A stretch of DNA of 64,000 nucleotides. It comes from Gracilinanus agilis. Lineage: Eukaryota. A program made the translations under genes and the position numbers. The stretch covers positions 86,737,628 to 86,801,627 of the forward strand of contig NC_058130.1 of assembly GCF_016433145.1 (NCBI RefSeq). Reading direction: 5' to 3'. Below, piece by piece: positions 37,741 through 50,140 of this stretch (positions are counted from its first letter, which is position 1; each line of letters opens with the position of its first letter). The notes below the pieces were generated by a model, which ran no database searches, had not been told where the DNA came from, and was given only the letters and a program-made list of their open reading frames with translations.

Positions 37741-39653
37741 CTGATAGGAATGAATAACAATAAGTGTTCTGGGGATACAATAAAATAGGGAAGCCAATAC
37801 ACAAAAATAAAAGGCTGAAAGGAAGGAGAAGGTAGTGAAGTCAAAGCAGTATAAAAGGAAAGCAGCTGGGGGGTGGGTAAGGAGGAAACTAAAGTCTAGT
37901 GCCCCCTCCCTACATGGAGGCTGAAGAATTCGCAACTCCAATCAAAGGTGAAAAGGGCACTGCCTCACTGCTTTTTCTTGCTAAATTGTGCAAGATCTTT
38001 TGGGATGATGAGATTTCCCAATGAAAAAGTTTGGAGGGAGGAAGAGGAGGCATAAGGAGAAATAAAAAAGAAGGCTAAAATGAGTGTAGCCAGGTAGGAA
38101 ATGAGGAAACTTCAATTAAATGAGGTCTTCCATTAAAGCCCATATAATCCCTTGCAAGATGTATCATATTCACGCTAACCTGAATTTCCAATGGATCTGT
38201 ATTACAGTTATCATTTCTATCCATGATAGCTTTGTAAAAGTGTAGATGGATGTTATAAATTCTCTAGAAATTAAATTTGATTCATATACATATGTACATA
38301 AATATAAAAGGCATATATCATAAGGGAGATTTTTTTTTGGTTTAGTTATGGGTTTAACCAGTTCAGAGGCCTCCTGAAACTGCAATTCTGGGATTCTGGG
38401 AGGGCCTGGCTCCAAATTCTATGGGTGGATGTGTTCAGTGTCTTTGTATTGGTCCCTGAGTTTATGTGTTCCATGCCATTCATTCAGCAAATACCTGTCA
38501 TTCATTGGTAAATGGATAGCATATGGGGGAAGGACATTGTTATCATGGAGTCTGCAGTATGGCAGGGGAACGTGAAATTATACAGAACCCCAAAGAAGGT
38601 CTCCAGTGGTGGCTTCCTGAAGAAACTGGACTTTGAGATGGAACTGGAAAAGAATGGACTGGTGGATGGAGGTTTGGAAGGAGAGAATTCCCAGGCACAG
38701 AGAAGAGCAAGTAAAAACATAGTGTATGGGATCCTGGGTTAGTGGCACCCTCCTTTCTCCCAGTAATTGCACAATTTTTTTTTTGGTTTCTTATCTCAAA
38801 GTACTTCTTGCAGGAAGGTATCTTTGATTTAAGGAGAAATAAGTCCCAGTGAGGAGGAGCTCTAGATAGGTGAAGGGTAGGAGGGGTACCTGGAAGGGTC
38901 ATTTCTTTGGAATTATCTGGTTCTGGCTTTTCAGGTGATGACATCTTTACAGCCAGGATGTCCTTCCTGTTGTCTAAACCAAGGCAATTTTCCACATTTC
39001 CTTCACCCGTTTCTTTTCCTTTGGCCTCAGTAGAGGCCAAAGGCTTTCCTAGTCCTTACAGCTTAACTTCTCCCTTTTTCTGGGGTGACATTTGAGTGTC
39101 TTCTTCCTCCTGGAGGGGAGGGGTCTATGGTGAATCTGCAGTGTGCCTGGGACAATTTAGGGGAGTTAAGCACTTGAGTTTCATTCTCTCTGTCCATCAG
39201 GATGGGAGCTCACAGGCAAGGTCAGTGACCTCATAGAGCCCCAAGGTTCATGTGTTTTGTAAAAAAGGGGAAGATGTAGGGGAAACCTTAGAAAAGGGAG
39301 TCCTCCTTGATGCCCTGACTGTTTACGCAAGGGCCTCAGAGAACAGTCAGTACCCTGAGATCACCGTTTCTGCCTGCCTACCTTCATCTAACCAATGGTG
39401 ACCAAGTATGACCTTTCCATGGCATCATTTCTCTCTGCTCAGAAGCTCCTTAAGGGTAAGGAATTAGGGTTCTGTTTGGTCTTTGTCCTCATCGCCTTTC
39501 TCACAGTAGCTCCTCAATCAAACTTTGTTGAACCTAATGATTCCTCTCTTCTTCCCTCACCCCACTAAAATAATGGCCTTGTAGGGACTGGTCTGTAGGG
39601 TCCTTCTATTATGGACCCACTGCTATACTCCATCATGGCAGAGTCTGGAGTCT

Positions 39654-39823
39654 NNNNNNNNNNNNNNNNNNNNNNNNNNNNNNNNNNNNNNNNNNNNNNN
39701 NNNNNNNNNNNNNNNNNNNNNNNNNNNNNNNNNNNNNNNNNNNNNNNNNNNNNNNNNNNNNNNNNNNNNNNNNNNNNNNNNNNNNNNNNNNNNNNNNNNN
39801 NNNNNNNNNNNNNNNNNNNNNNN
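39654..39823. other. Assembly gap (170 N); other gaps 59263-59518, 59607-59786, 62631-62779
   Basis: N runs. Confidence 1.
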
Positions 39824-39878
39824 TATGTAATACCTTAAAGAAAACTTAAGTATCTAATCCTTAAATAAAAGTAGTACC

Positions 39879-40072
39879 GGGGCAGCTGGATAGCTCAGTG
39901 GATTGAGAGCCAGGCCTAGAGACAGGAGGTCCTAGGTTCAAATCCGGCCTCAGACACTTCCCAGCTGTGTGACCCTGGGCAAGTCACTTGACCCCCATTG
40001 CCTACCTTTACCAATCTTCCACCTATAAGTCAATACACAGAAGTTAAGGGTTTAAAATTTTAAACAAATAAA
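39879..40072 (+). mobile_element. Young SINE1_Mdo-type insertion with perfect 17-bp TSD
   Basis: TSD TAAATAAAAGTAGTACC at 39862-39878 and 40073-40089. Confidence 0.92.
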
Positions 40073-40677
40073 TAAATAAAAGTAGTACCTTTTCCCCCTT
40101 TCCTCCTTTTTCCTACAGACTGGCCTTAAAATGCACTCTAAGGTCACATTTCCCTCCTTCAGGAGCTGTTATGCCTCTGAAGGGCTTCCCTTCAGTCTGT
40201 CTGTGCCCCAAGCTTCAGAGTTTTCCCACCTGGCAGAGCTCAAGTAGCTTTTCTCTGGTCACTTGTTCTTGGCCTCTCACTCTCCTAAAACTGTTCACTT
40301 TTTTAAAGGAAGAAGGAAAGTCAAAAACAAGGAGTTTCTAATGTTGAGATTTCAGAAAAGAGGACCAGGGAGGCCTGGGAAGGGATCCAGGTGGAACTAG
40401 TGAAACCACAGACAGACACAGTTCAGTCCAACAATGCCCTGGAGCAGAGCCACCTGCAAACAGTAATAAAGATTCTTTAAGTGAGACTCTTTACAGGCGG
40501 AGTCTCAGTAACCCTATACAGCCTTAAAAACTATGGAGGATCCCCACCCATCCACCCAAAAAGAATTTACCAACTTCTTTACTTCTTTCATGTCCTGGGT
40601 CCCTCATAATAGCTCTGAGAGGGAAGAAGGTCAGGGCAGAAATTATTATTGATTCCATTCTTATTTTATTTTATTTT

Positions 40678-41000
40678 TAACCCCTTACCTTCTGTCTCAG
40701 AATCAATACTGTGTATTGGTTCCAAAGGAGAAGAGTAGTAAGGGTTCTGCAGTGGGGGTTAAGAGATTTGCCCAGGGTTGTGCAGCCAGGAAGTACCTGA
40801 GGTCAAATTTGAACTCAGGACCTCCCATCTTCAAGCCTGACTCTCAATCCACAGAACTATGGTTATCATTCCCATTTTACAGATGAGAAGACAGATTCAA
40901 GAGCTATTAAGTGACTTGCCCAGGGTCACATAGCTAGGAAGTGTCCAAAACCAAATTTGAACCCAGGACCTCCCATCTTTAGGCCTGGCTGTCAATCTGC
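40678..41000 (-). mobile_element. Two SINE1_Mdo/CORE-SINE copies
   Basis: AACCCCTTACCTTCTGTCTCAGAATCAATAC...; second core at about 40900-41000. Confidence 0.8.
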
Positions 41001-41551
41001 CCCCATTTCTAAAGAGGTAGAAATTGAGAATCCTGGACAGCTGGACAGAAGATTTAGAATCTCATCCCAGCTACCCTAGCTTGCTGGGTGACCTTGAAAA
41101 ACTTGTTTTTCCTCTTTGAGCATCAGTATACCCCTTTGTAATAGAAGGAAATTGAGAGTAACACAAAATGAGGACAGTAAATCCAGAAGGACAGTATTTA
41201 CAGATCATGATTGGGTAAAGTCAAGTGCTGGGCTAGTGGAGAGCAGAGAAGGAAGCTGGGGGAGGGGAAGGGGAAGTCTTTAGTGGATTTTAAAATAGTA
41301 TATATACACATATATAATTTTAATTGATTGTATTATCGTTCAAAGCTAAATTTATAGTAAGTCATGTGATACAATGGGGAAAATCATTGGATTTGGAATT
41401 AGGAGGTCAGGGTTCAAATTTCCACTAATTTGCCACAAATTTCACTTGTGTAACCTTATGGAATTTCTTAATTTTTCTGGGCTCCAGTTTCCTCTCTGTA
41501 AAATAAGGGAACTGGACTAGATGACCTTTGAGGTCCCTTTCAGCTCACGTG

Positions 41552-41596
<45 letters not shown>
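41552..41596. repeat. (CT)n(AT)n compound microsatellite
   Basis: Direct reading. Confidence 0.95.
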
Positions 41597-41605
<9 letters not shown>

Positions 41606-41636
41606 AAACTTTACATAAAAGTGTGTATATATGTAT

Positions 41637-42503
41637 TGTGAAAAAGGAATTCTTTGTTCTCTTTGTCTATGCTGAGTTTACACCTGTGAAAGGGAATCCT
41701 TTATTCCCTTTGTCTATTTTGAGTTAACCCTTGGTTAACAATAACTTAAGTACTCCTACTTAGTACCTCACTAGATTGTGAAGACAGGATTAATTCTCTT
41801 TTGTCTACTTTTGAATTGAATCTACAAAAGCTCGAACATCCTGCTTAGCCTAGGTGAAAGAGGTCTCTACCCTTTCAACTCAGTCAGCCAGGAAATGAGA
41901 ATTCATACTTCATTCAGCCCGGAATCTGAATCCTTTTGATGAGTATTCACCTCTCCAGAAGGTGAGAGCTGGTTCCCCACAAACACTGCCCTCTGGACAA
42001 TGCTGGGCAATTTGGAAGCTGTGATTGGCCCTGGTGAAGAGGAGAAGGGACAAGAAGCCTCTATAAAAGGCCCTGAATTTCTGGGGCTAGAGAAGTCGAC
42101 TTCAAAAGAAGGTAATCAGCTTCAAGAAGAAGGTTGGTTCAAGGAAGAAAGTCAGCCTCAGGAGTCACCTTCAGCTCAGTCATCATCTTGACCTGCCTCT
42201 TGGAGGGAACTTGGGTGAGTGGAGAGCTGGCTTTCCCTTCCTGTCTTCTGGAGAGAGTTTAATTCCTGTTGAAGGTCAACAAGTCCTGGCTGAGTCAAGC
42301 ACAGAAGCAAAATATTTAGTTAGATAGGCTAATGTCTTCTCTACCCTTTTGTATTTTTCTGCTTCTACTTTTTCCACCTCTTTTGTAAATAAAAACTATT
42401 AAAGTCATTTAGACTTTGAGTAATAATACTTTAAATCAGCAACTACCATATTTTTTATAATCTTCATATATTTTAGTCAAACCATTAAAATTTAATTCTT
42501 ACA
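41637..42503 (+). mobile_element. Solo ERV LTR (867 bp)
   Basis: TG...CA ends, 4-bp TSD GTAT (41633-41636 / 42504-42507), internal TATAAAA near 42063 and AATAAA near 42388. Confidence 0.85.
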
Positions 42504-43369
42504 GTATATATTAAATTGACATTAAAAGGTATGTATATACGTATATACACATATACTATACATACACACACACATATATGCTAGGCATATTTTATATATA
42601 CGTACACATTAGGCAGTCAGATGACTCAATTGATAGAATGCTAGCCCTGGCGTCAGGAAGATCTGAGTTCAAATCCAGCCTCAGATACTCACCAGTTGTG
42701 TGATCTTGGGCAAGTCATCTCACCTGTTTACCTCAGTTTCTCCAATCTCTCAGGGTTGTTATAAAGATCAAATGAAACAATATTTCTAAAACACTTAGAT
42801 GAACAAGCCCATAAAATCACAGTTGGCACATATTAAATGCTATAATATATAATATTACTTTAATGTTATATATAGAATATATACATTATTACATGAAACT
42901 GATTGCTGACTCTTTCTTGGAAAGAAAAGGGAAATGTCTGGATTAAATATACCCAAAGTTCTTTCCGGGATATACACTCTGGGTGCTGATGAATCACTAG
43001 CACAGTTGTCTCACAATGGCAGGTGGCAAAGCTACTTCCCCTTCTTGGGTTCCTTCTCAAAGAGGCCCCCCCCAAGGGCCCTAAAACCTCCAGCGGATGT
43101 CCACCTGGGCCTGGGGTAGCAGTTTGTACTTTGGTAGGAGGGAGGAGGGAGGGGAGACAGGGAGGTCAACCAGGAGGAGTGGGTGAAGGGGAAGAAAAGC
43201 AGACAGGATCAGGGGTACAATGAAAAGAGCCTGGTGGCCGAGCTGGGTGACCTTGGGCAAAGTTCTCACTCTCCTCATCTATAAAAAATGGATTTAAAGA
43301 CAAGATGACCTCTTTGTCCAAATCAGCCCTGAGTTCATGATTTCTTCTTCTCATAGTACCTGGTATTTA

Positions 43370-43510
43370 ACTTTTTATATATACTATTATTATATTATAT
43401 ATAGTAATATTTATGTATATATTATATATAATTATATAAATATAAAACATTGTATTATATATTTTGTTATATATTACATATAATTTTATAATTAATATAA
43501 AAAATAAATA
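43370..43510. repeat. AT-rich low-complexity tract
   Basis: Nearly pure A/T. Confidence 0.9.
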
Positions 43511-44452
43511 CAATTTACACACAGAAACACACAAAGGCAGAATAGATGGAGCAGTGGACTGACTGGGCCTGGAGTCAGGAAGAGCTGAGTTCAAATTTGA
43601 TCTCAAATATGTACTGTCTCAGGTAGGTAACCCAATTTGCCTCAGTTTCCTCATTTGTAAAAAAATGACCTGAAGAAGGAAATGGCAAACTACTCTAGTA
43701 TCTTTGCCAAGAAAACCCCAAACAGGGTCAGGAATCAGATACCACTGAAAAATGACAAGAACAACCGAATACATACCTGCCTATTATAGAGGTGCTTATT
43801 AACTTTTACATAAAAATTATATACTTAATTTTTTTATTTAAGATATTTTCCATGGTTACATGATTCGTGATTTTCCCCTCCCCTCCCCACTCCTGGAGCC
43901 AACAAGCAATTCTGCTGGGTTATACATGCATCATTGTTCAAAACTTATTTCCATGTTATTCATAAAAAAGAATATACTTTTATAAAAACTTGCCAACCCA
44001 TTAGAATGTTAAGTGATTTTTGAGTGGTGAATATTTCATTTCTTTGGTTCTTATGTCCTGGGGATCAACCACCTCTATCTAGGATACTTAATAGATACTT
44101 TTTGAATGATTCATTTAATGTAAATATGGCTACAAAAGGAAGAGAAAATGTCAAAAGAGGAAGAACACACTAGAATAAGAAAGAAGTCTAGAGTTTCCAG
44201 ACTGAATCTACAACTCTGTCCTGCTCAGACCACATCAGGAATATGGGCGGCACATTTTTTTAAATATAATTTTTATTTTATTATTATTTTTAAATATTTT
44301 CCCATATTTTGTGTTCTCTCCCTCCCCTCTTCCCTCCCCCCTCCTGGAACCAACAAGCAATTCCACTGGGTTATACATGTGTTAACACTCAAAACCTATT
44401 TCCATATTACTCATTTTTGTAAAAGAGTAATGTTTTTTTGTTTTTTTTTTTA

Positions 44453-44626
44453 AACCCTTGTACTTCGGTGTATTGTCTCATAGGTGGAAGATTGGTAAAG
44501 GTGGGCAATGGGGGTCAAGTGACTTGCCCAGGGTCACACAGCTGGGAAGTGGCTGAGGCCAGGTTTGAACCTAGGACCTTCTGTCTCTAGGCCTGACTCT
44601 CACTCCACTGAGCTACCCAGCTGCCC
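44453..44626 (-). mobile_element. Young SINE1_Mdo variant inserted in an L1 3' fragment (about 44270-44430)
   Basis: Same variant tail as the 39879 copy; TSD AGAGTAAT. Confidence 0.85.
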
Positions 44627-44954
44627 GAGAGTAATCTTTTAAATCCAAACCTCAAATCCTATACAGTAGTCCCTCACTATATCATGGTTCACTTATTGGG
44701 GCTTCGCTGATTTTATTTTTTTAAACCTGAAATACAATTTGGGTGTCCTAACTCCTATGAGAGAAATCTCAAAACTTACAAATTATAACCTTGACTACAC
44801 ACAGCCTGAATGTTGCTACCCAAGAAATATTGTAACAAAATTTGACTCAACTGAGAAATTGCAAACCTAAGGAATGTTCCCCTATGCTTGAAAGCGTTGG
44901 AGAATTCAGGATAGGACAAGAAAGAAAAACAACATTTTATGTTACACTCAGAAT

Positions 44955-46330
44955 TGTTGGAAAAGATTAAGGAGGATAGAGGAAGGAGAATAGAGGATGA
45001 GAAAAGATTAAGGAGGAAGGAAGATAGGATACAGATGATGGGAAAGAGGAGATAGTATTGTGTTGAATCTCTATAAATTCTGAGTAAATTTGAGCATTAA
45101 TGTCCACTGTTTCTGAGAGATCTCTCCAGACAGTGCTCCCTCACTCTGTGTCCCCCCATTACCTTCCCCCCCCATAAAGTCACATGAACTCTGCCAGCAT
45201 CTTATCAAGTCTCCTGACTGCTCATCAGAGTTATTCTGGGGATACGAGCCTCCCCAGAATTCCACTCCACACAGTAGCAAAGTCTGTTACATTTGATCAT
45301 CCTACAATATTTCACTCTCCGTGTACAATGTTCTCCTGATTCTATTTATTTCACTCTGCTCCAGTTCCTGGAGGTCTTTCCAGTGTACATAGAATTCCTC
45401 CAGTTCATCATTCCTTATAGCACAATAGTATTCCATCACCATCAGATACCTCAGTTTGTTCAGCCATTCCCCAATCAAGAGATACTCCCTCATTTTCTAA
45501 TTTTTTGCCACTACAAAAAGCACAGTGTGTGGAGTGGAATTTTGGGGAGGCTCGTATCCTCATAAATCACTCTAATAGGCAGATAGGAGACTTGATAAGA
45601 TGCTGGCAGAGAAAAGCTGCTTTATTTGGAGAAAACATCGGACAACAGGGAAGGGGAGGACAAAGGATTCTGCCCACACAAGCAGCTTTCTCAGGGCAAA
45701 AATATCCTCTCTTTTTCTAGGTACAATCATAGACTTTTATAACAATCTAGACACAAGATTCTCTTCCTCCCCTCTGTCCAATCCCACAGAAGTGGGGCTG
45801 TGATGTTTATATTCTTGAGTGTGTGATTTTCAACATTATGTACCCCTAAAGACCCCCATGATCAAGGAAAACCATGACTATCATGAGATTCCCTGGCTGG
45901 GACCATAATGATACTTTTGAAACTCACTGTATTTTCCCTCCTTCAGCTTATCTTATAGTTTGGCTTTCTTCCCAGGGTACAGATAAACTTTTCTCAAGGT
46001 TTTTGAAAATAGTTCAAGAAAACTAAAAGTTTTATGGGGTGATGGTGGGGGTGCAGTTTTAGTCTAAAGAATAGTAATATTAAGGGGTCTTGAAAATTGG
46101 GATTACAGCAAGCCAAATACTATTCTGAGAATTACACATGGAATTTCATCCCACACCCACAGCTATAAATATTTTTGTACAAACAGATCCTTTCCCATTT
46201 TTTTTTATCTCTTTGGGGTACAGACCTAGTAGTGGTATTGCTGGATCATAGGGCGTGCATTCTTTTCAAGTCTTTTGGGTATAAGTCCAGATTGCCTTCC
46301 AGATTCGTTGGATCATTTCACAACTCCACC
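44955..46330. mobile_element. L1 ORF2 3'-end fragment (-) interrupted by two related LTR-like elements in opposite orientation
   Basis: ORF 45302-45493(-) GEWLNKL..MEYYCAIRNDE = L1 ORF2 C-terminus; LTR-like copies about 44955-45271 (-) and from 45526 (+); L1 resumes at 46158. Confidence 0.7.
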
Positions 46331-46473
46331 AGAAATGCATTAGTGTCCCAGTTTTTTGGTAGCACATTTTAAGGTTTTGATAAGCTGGAGAGTGTCCAGA
46401 GAAGGGGAAACAGTTTGGTAAAGGGCCTTGATCTGCATTTTCCACTTCCATTTTTTTCTCTCTCAATTACTAC

Positions 46474-47079
46474 TGAAAGGTTTAAAAATGGTTTGTTGTG
46501 GTCACCATTTATAAAAATTAAAGTTAAACTATGAGTCAATAGGCTGTTTAGTAGCTTTATTTACAGCAAGGTATAGATATTAAAGTGGAAAATATAGGAA
46601 GGAGGTAGAAAATATCACCTAGCTAAAAATATCCTAAATCCTAATCCTCTTGCCTCTAGACTTCAAATGCAAATCCCGAATCTCACCAGTCTACAAGAGT
46701 GTCTCCAGTCAGGTGTTCCAATAACCAAAACTGGATGCTGAAGAGGTTGAACTGTAAAGAGCAGTCTCACACCAGGCCAAGACTGCCAAGAATCCCACCA
46801 GAGCTCATGGTCCCAAGGCTGAGCCACCAAGAATTACACCAAGAATGAAGAATCTCTCTCAGGCTCCACCTTATATACAGTTTTCTCCACCCATCAGTTC
46901 TCCTAATCACATCTCAGGAAACAATCACAGCCTTTCAATTTTCCTATCACTGCCCAAGTGGGGGCTGTTAGGGTGTGAGCTTTCTTTGTTAGTGACTTAC
47001 TAAGTGTTAAGTAAGAATACTTTAAGTTCTTGATTGATTAACTTAAAATAGACCAATGGAATAAAAATTCCCTTTCACA
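46474..47079 (-). mobile_element. Solo ERV LTR (606 bp)
   Basis: Starts TGTGAAAGGGAAT on -, TG/CA termini, 4-bp TSD CTAC (46470-46473 / 47080-47083). Confidence 0.8.
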
Positions 47080-47099
47080 CTACTCAACGTCTTAGAATA

Positions 47100-48480
47100 T
47101 TTTTTTTTACTTTATAATGATATTTTATTTTACAAATTACATGTAATAACAAGTTTCCATGTAAGTTTTCTGAAGTTATGTGTTCCAAATTGTCTCCCTC
47201 CCTCCCTTCTCTCCCTGCTCCTGAAGATGGTAAGCAATTTGATCTGGGTTATACATGTATTATCATTAACATATTTCCATGTTGCTTATTTTTATAAGAG
47301 AATAGTCATGTAAAACTAAAACCTCAAAATAAAAACCCAAACAAACTAAAGTAAAAAATCACATGCTTTGATCTGTATTCTGACTCCAACAGTTTTCTCT
47401 GGAGGTGGATAGCATTTTCCATTGTTATGTTCTTCAGAATTGTCCTGGATCATTGCATTGCCGAGAGTAGCTAGGTCTATCACAGTTGATCATTCCATAA
47501 TGTTGCTTGTTATTAAGTATAGTGTTCTCCTGGTTCTGCTTATTTTACTCTGCCTCAGTTCACGTAGATCTTTCCAGCTCTTTCTGAAATCATTTTGTTC
47601 ATCATTCCTTATAACAATAATTTTCCATCATCATCATATACCACAATTTGTTCAGCCATTCCCCAATTGAAGGGCATCCCCTTGTTTTCCAGTTTTTTGC
47701 TACCACAAAAAGTGCAGCTATAAATATTTTTGTACAAGTCTTTTCCCCTATTATCTCTTTGGGGTACAAACCCAGCAATGGTATGAGTGGATCAAAGGGC
47801 AGGCATTCTTTTAGCGCTCTTTGGGCATAGTTCCAAATTGCTATACAGAATGGTTGGATCAGTTCACAACTCCATCCACCCTTTTAATTTTTGATACTGA
47901 TAATTTTATTTTCTTCTTTGCTTTTTTAAAATCAAATTAATCAATACTCTACCTTTTATTCCCCCCCATAAAACCAATTCCTGGTCTTATTTATTAGTTC
48001 AATAGTTCTCTTACTTTCAATGTTATTAATTTATCCTTTGATTTTTTGAATTTCCAATTTAGTCTTTAACTGGGGATTTTTAATTTGTTCTTTTTCTAGT
48101 TTTTTAGCTGCATGCCCAGCTCATTGATCTGCTTTTTCTCTATTTTATTTTTGTAAGCGTTCAAAGACATAAAGTTTCCCCTAAGTACTACTTTGGCTGC
48201 ATCCCATAAATTTTGACATGTTGTTTCATTATCATTTTCTTTAATGAAACTTTTATAAAAATTTTAAATGAAATATTATTTCTATAATTTATTCTTTGAT
48301 TCACCCCTTTTAAGAATTAGATTACTTAGTTTCCAATTAATTTTTAATTTGTCTTTCAATGGATCCTAATTAATTCTAGTTTTTATTGTATTGTGATCTG
48401 AAAAGGGTGCCTTTATTATTTCTACTTTTCTATATTTGGTTGTGAAGTTTTATACCCTAGTACATGGTCAATTTTTGTGC
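47100..48480 (-). mobile_element. L1_Mdo-type LINE-1 fragments (3'UTR, ORF2 end and endonuclease-region piece)
   Basis: CCACAATTTGTTCAGCCATTCCCCAATTG; GGCTGCATCCCATAAATTTTG. Confidence 0.85.
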
Positions 48481-48611
48481 ATCTTGGAATAATTCTTTGC
48501 TTTTCTCTCATCCTTCTACTAAAACTGCTTTCTCCAAGGTGACCTTCTAGTCACCAAATCCAATGGCCTTTTCTTAGGCCTAGTCCTCCTCTGCAGCCTT
48601 TTTTTTTTTTT

Positions 48612-48798
48612 TTAAACCCTTACCTTCCATCTTAGAATCAATATTGTGTATTGGTTCCAAGGCAGAAGAATGAGAAGGGCTAGGCAATGGGGATTAAGTG
48701 ACTTGCCCAGGTTCATATAGTTAGGAAATATCTGAGGCCAGCTTTGAACCCAGAACCTCTAATCCTGGCTCTCAATCCACTCAGCCACCTGACTGCCT
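48612..48798 (-). mobile_element. SINE1_Mdo-like copy nested in an L2 fragment
   Basis: TSD CCTCTGCAGC on both sides. Confidence 0.85.
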
Positions 48799-49211
48799 CC
48801 TCTGCAGCTTTTGATAATGCCTGAATGTCCTATTGGATTACAATTGGCTTTAGAGATACTGTTCTGTAGGTAGGAATTTTCTTCAAGGCCTTGTCCCAAG
48901 TGGTGACTCTGGGAGAGGTACTTCTTCTGTCAGTTTCTTCCTCTGTCAATTTCATGATCTTTGTATTTCATATCTTATATCTTATTAGGGACATAAATTG
49001 ATCCATTAGCTATCACCAGAATGTGTGAGAGCAACTGAGAGTGGGGAGAGGGGAAAAGGAGACCTGTGGCCTGGCATTAGGGTTCTGGGATCTCTAGCAC
49101 TCAGAACAGGGAGATTTTGATACTTTATTTTTTGAGTTGAATATGAGCAATGATGGGTAATTATGGTGGAATGATAGGTCTATTTGCTATGATTGGAGTA
49201 AAAAGACTTAC

Positions 49212-49368
49212 GTTTTATCCCTGAGTCTAGTACTTGCTACTTGTGTGAATTCATGTTAGTAGTCTTCTCATCCGATAAAGTTCTCTGGATCTTCTCAAAA
49301 GCCTCTTCCATCTGCTACTCCTGGGGCTGAGCAGCCTCCATGGGGTCAAGATTTGGATTTGGAAGGAG
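49212..49368 (-). pseudogene. Candidate pseudo-exon of an unidentified decayed gene
   Basis: cttgtag| acceptor, AC|GTAAGT donor; MEAAQPQE*QMEEAFEKIQRTLSDEKTTNMNSHK*QVLDSGIK. Confidence 0.35.
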
Positions 49369-49944
49369 CTACAAGAGGCTATCAAGTCTAACTCCCTCCT
49401 TTACCAAATGGAACAGAAACCCAGAGTGGTTTAGCACTTACCCAGGTTCACATAGTTAATAGGGGTTTAAGGTAGGAATTGAACCCAGGTCTTTCTTTCT
49501 CCAGGTACAATTCCTTCTATATGGTATGTGGATAGATAGTACTCCATCCACACTGCCTCTTTCTTTGGTGGGTGGATTCATGAGTGCAAGATCACTTAAC
49601 ACACTTAGTATATCTAGACAGCCCCACAGAAGGCCAATTTTTACATCACATTTAGCCAGCCACCAAGGCCATCTACTTATCAACTCTGTCACCATCTACT
49701 CATCCCTTCTGTTCCTTTCCCTCCACTTCATGCTTTGGACACAGTAATCAAATCCATAGTACCATTGCACTTGGGAAGGGAAATGCCAATCAACATCTTG
49801 ATGGGGCAGTTCTCCAGATGGAAGCTTCCTTTCCTACTCACCACGCCTTTAAATAAGTTGTTTTCTCTGTTAGAAAGTCAACTCCTTGAGGGCAGAGTTT
49901 AACCCACTTGGCACATAACACTTAATAAATGCTTTTAAGGGGAC

Positions 49945-50140
49945 AGATAGGTGGCTCAAGGGTTTGAGGAGCCAAGCCTAGAAATGGAGGTCCTGGATTC
50001 AAATTTGACCTCAGACCTTCCTAGCTGTGTGACCCTGGCTGGGCAAGTCCTTAACCCTCATTGCCTAGCCCTTACTGCTCTTCTGCTTTGGAACCAATAC
50101 ATAGTATTGAGATTAAGAGGGAAGGTAAGAGTTTTTTAAT
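49945..50140 (+). mobile_element. SINE1_Mdo-like copy
   Basis: GGGGACAGATAGGTGGCTCAAG...GGAAGGTAAGAGTTTT. Confidence 0.8.

Noticed and set aside
45302-45493. 63-aa ORF as an independent gene
   Set aside because: It is the C-terminus of LINE-1 ORF2
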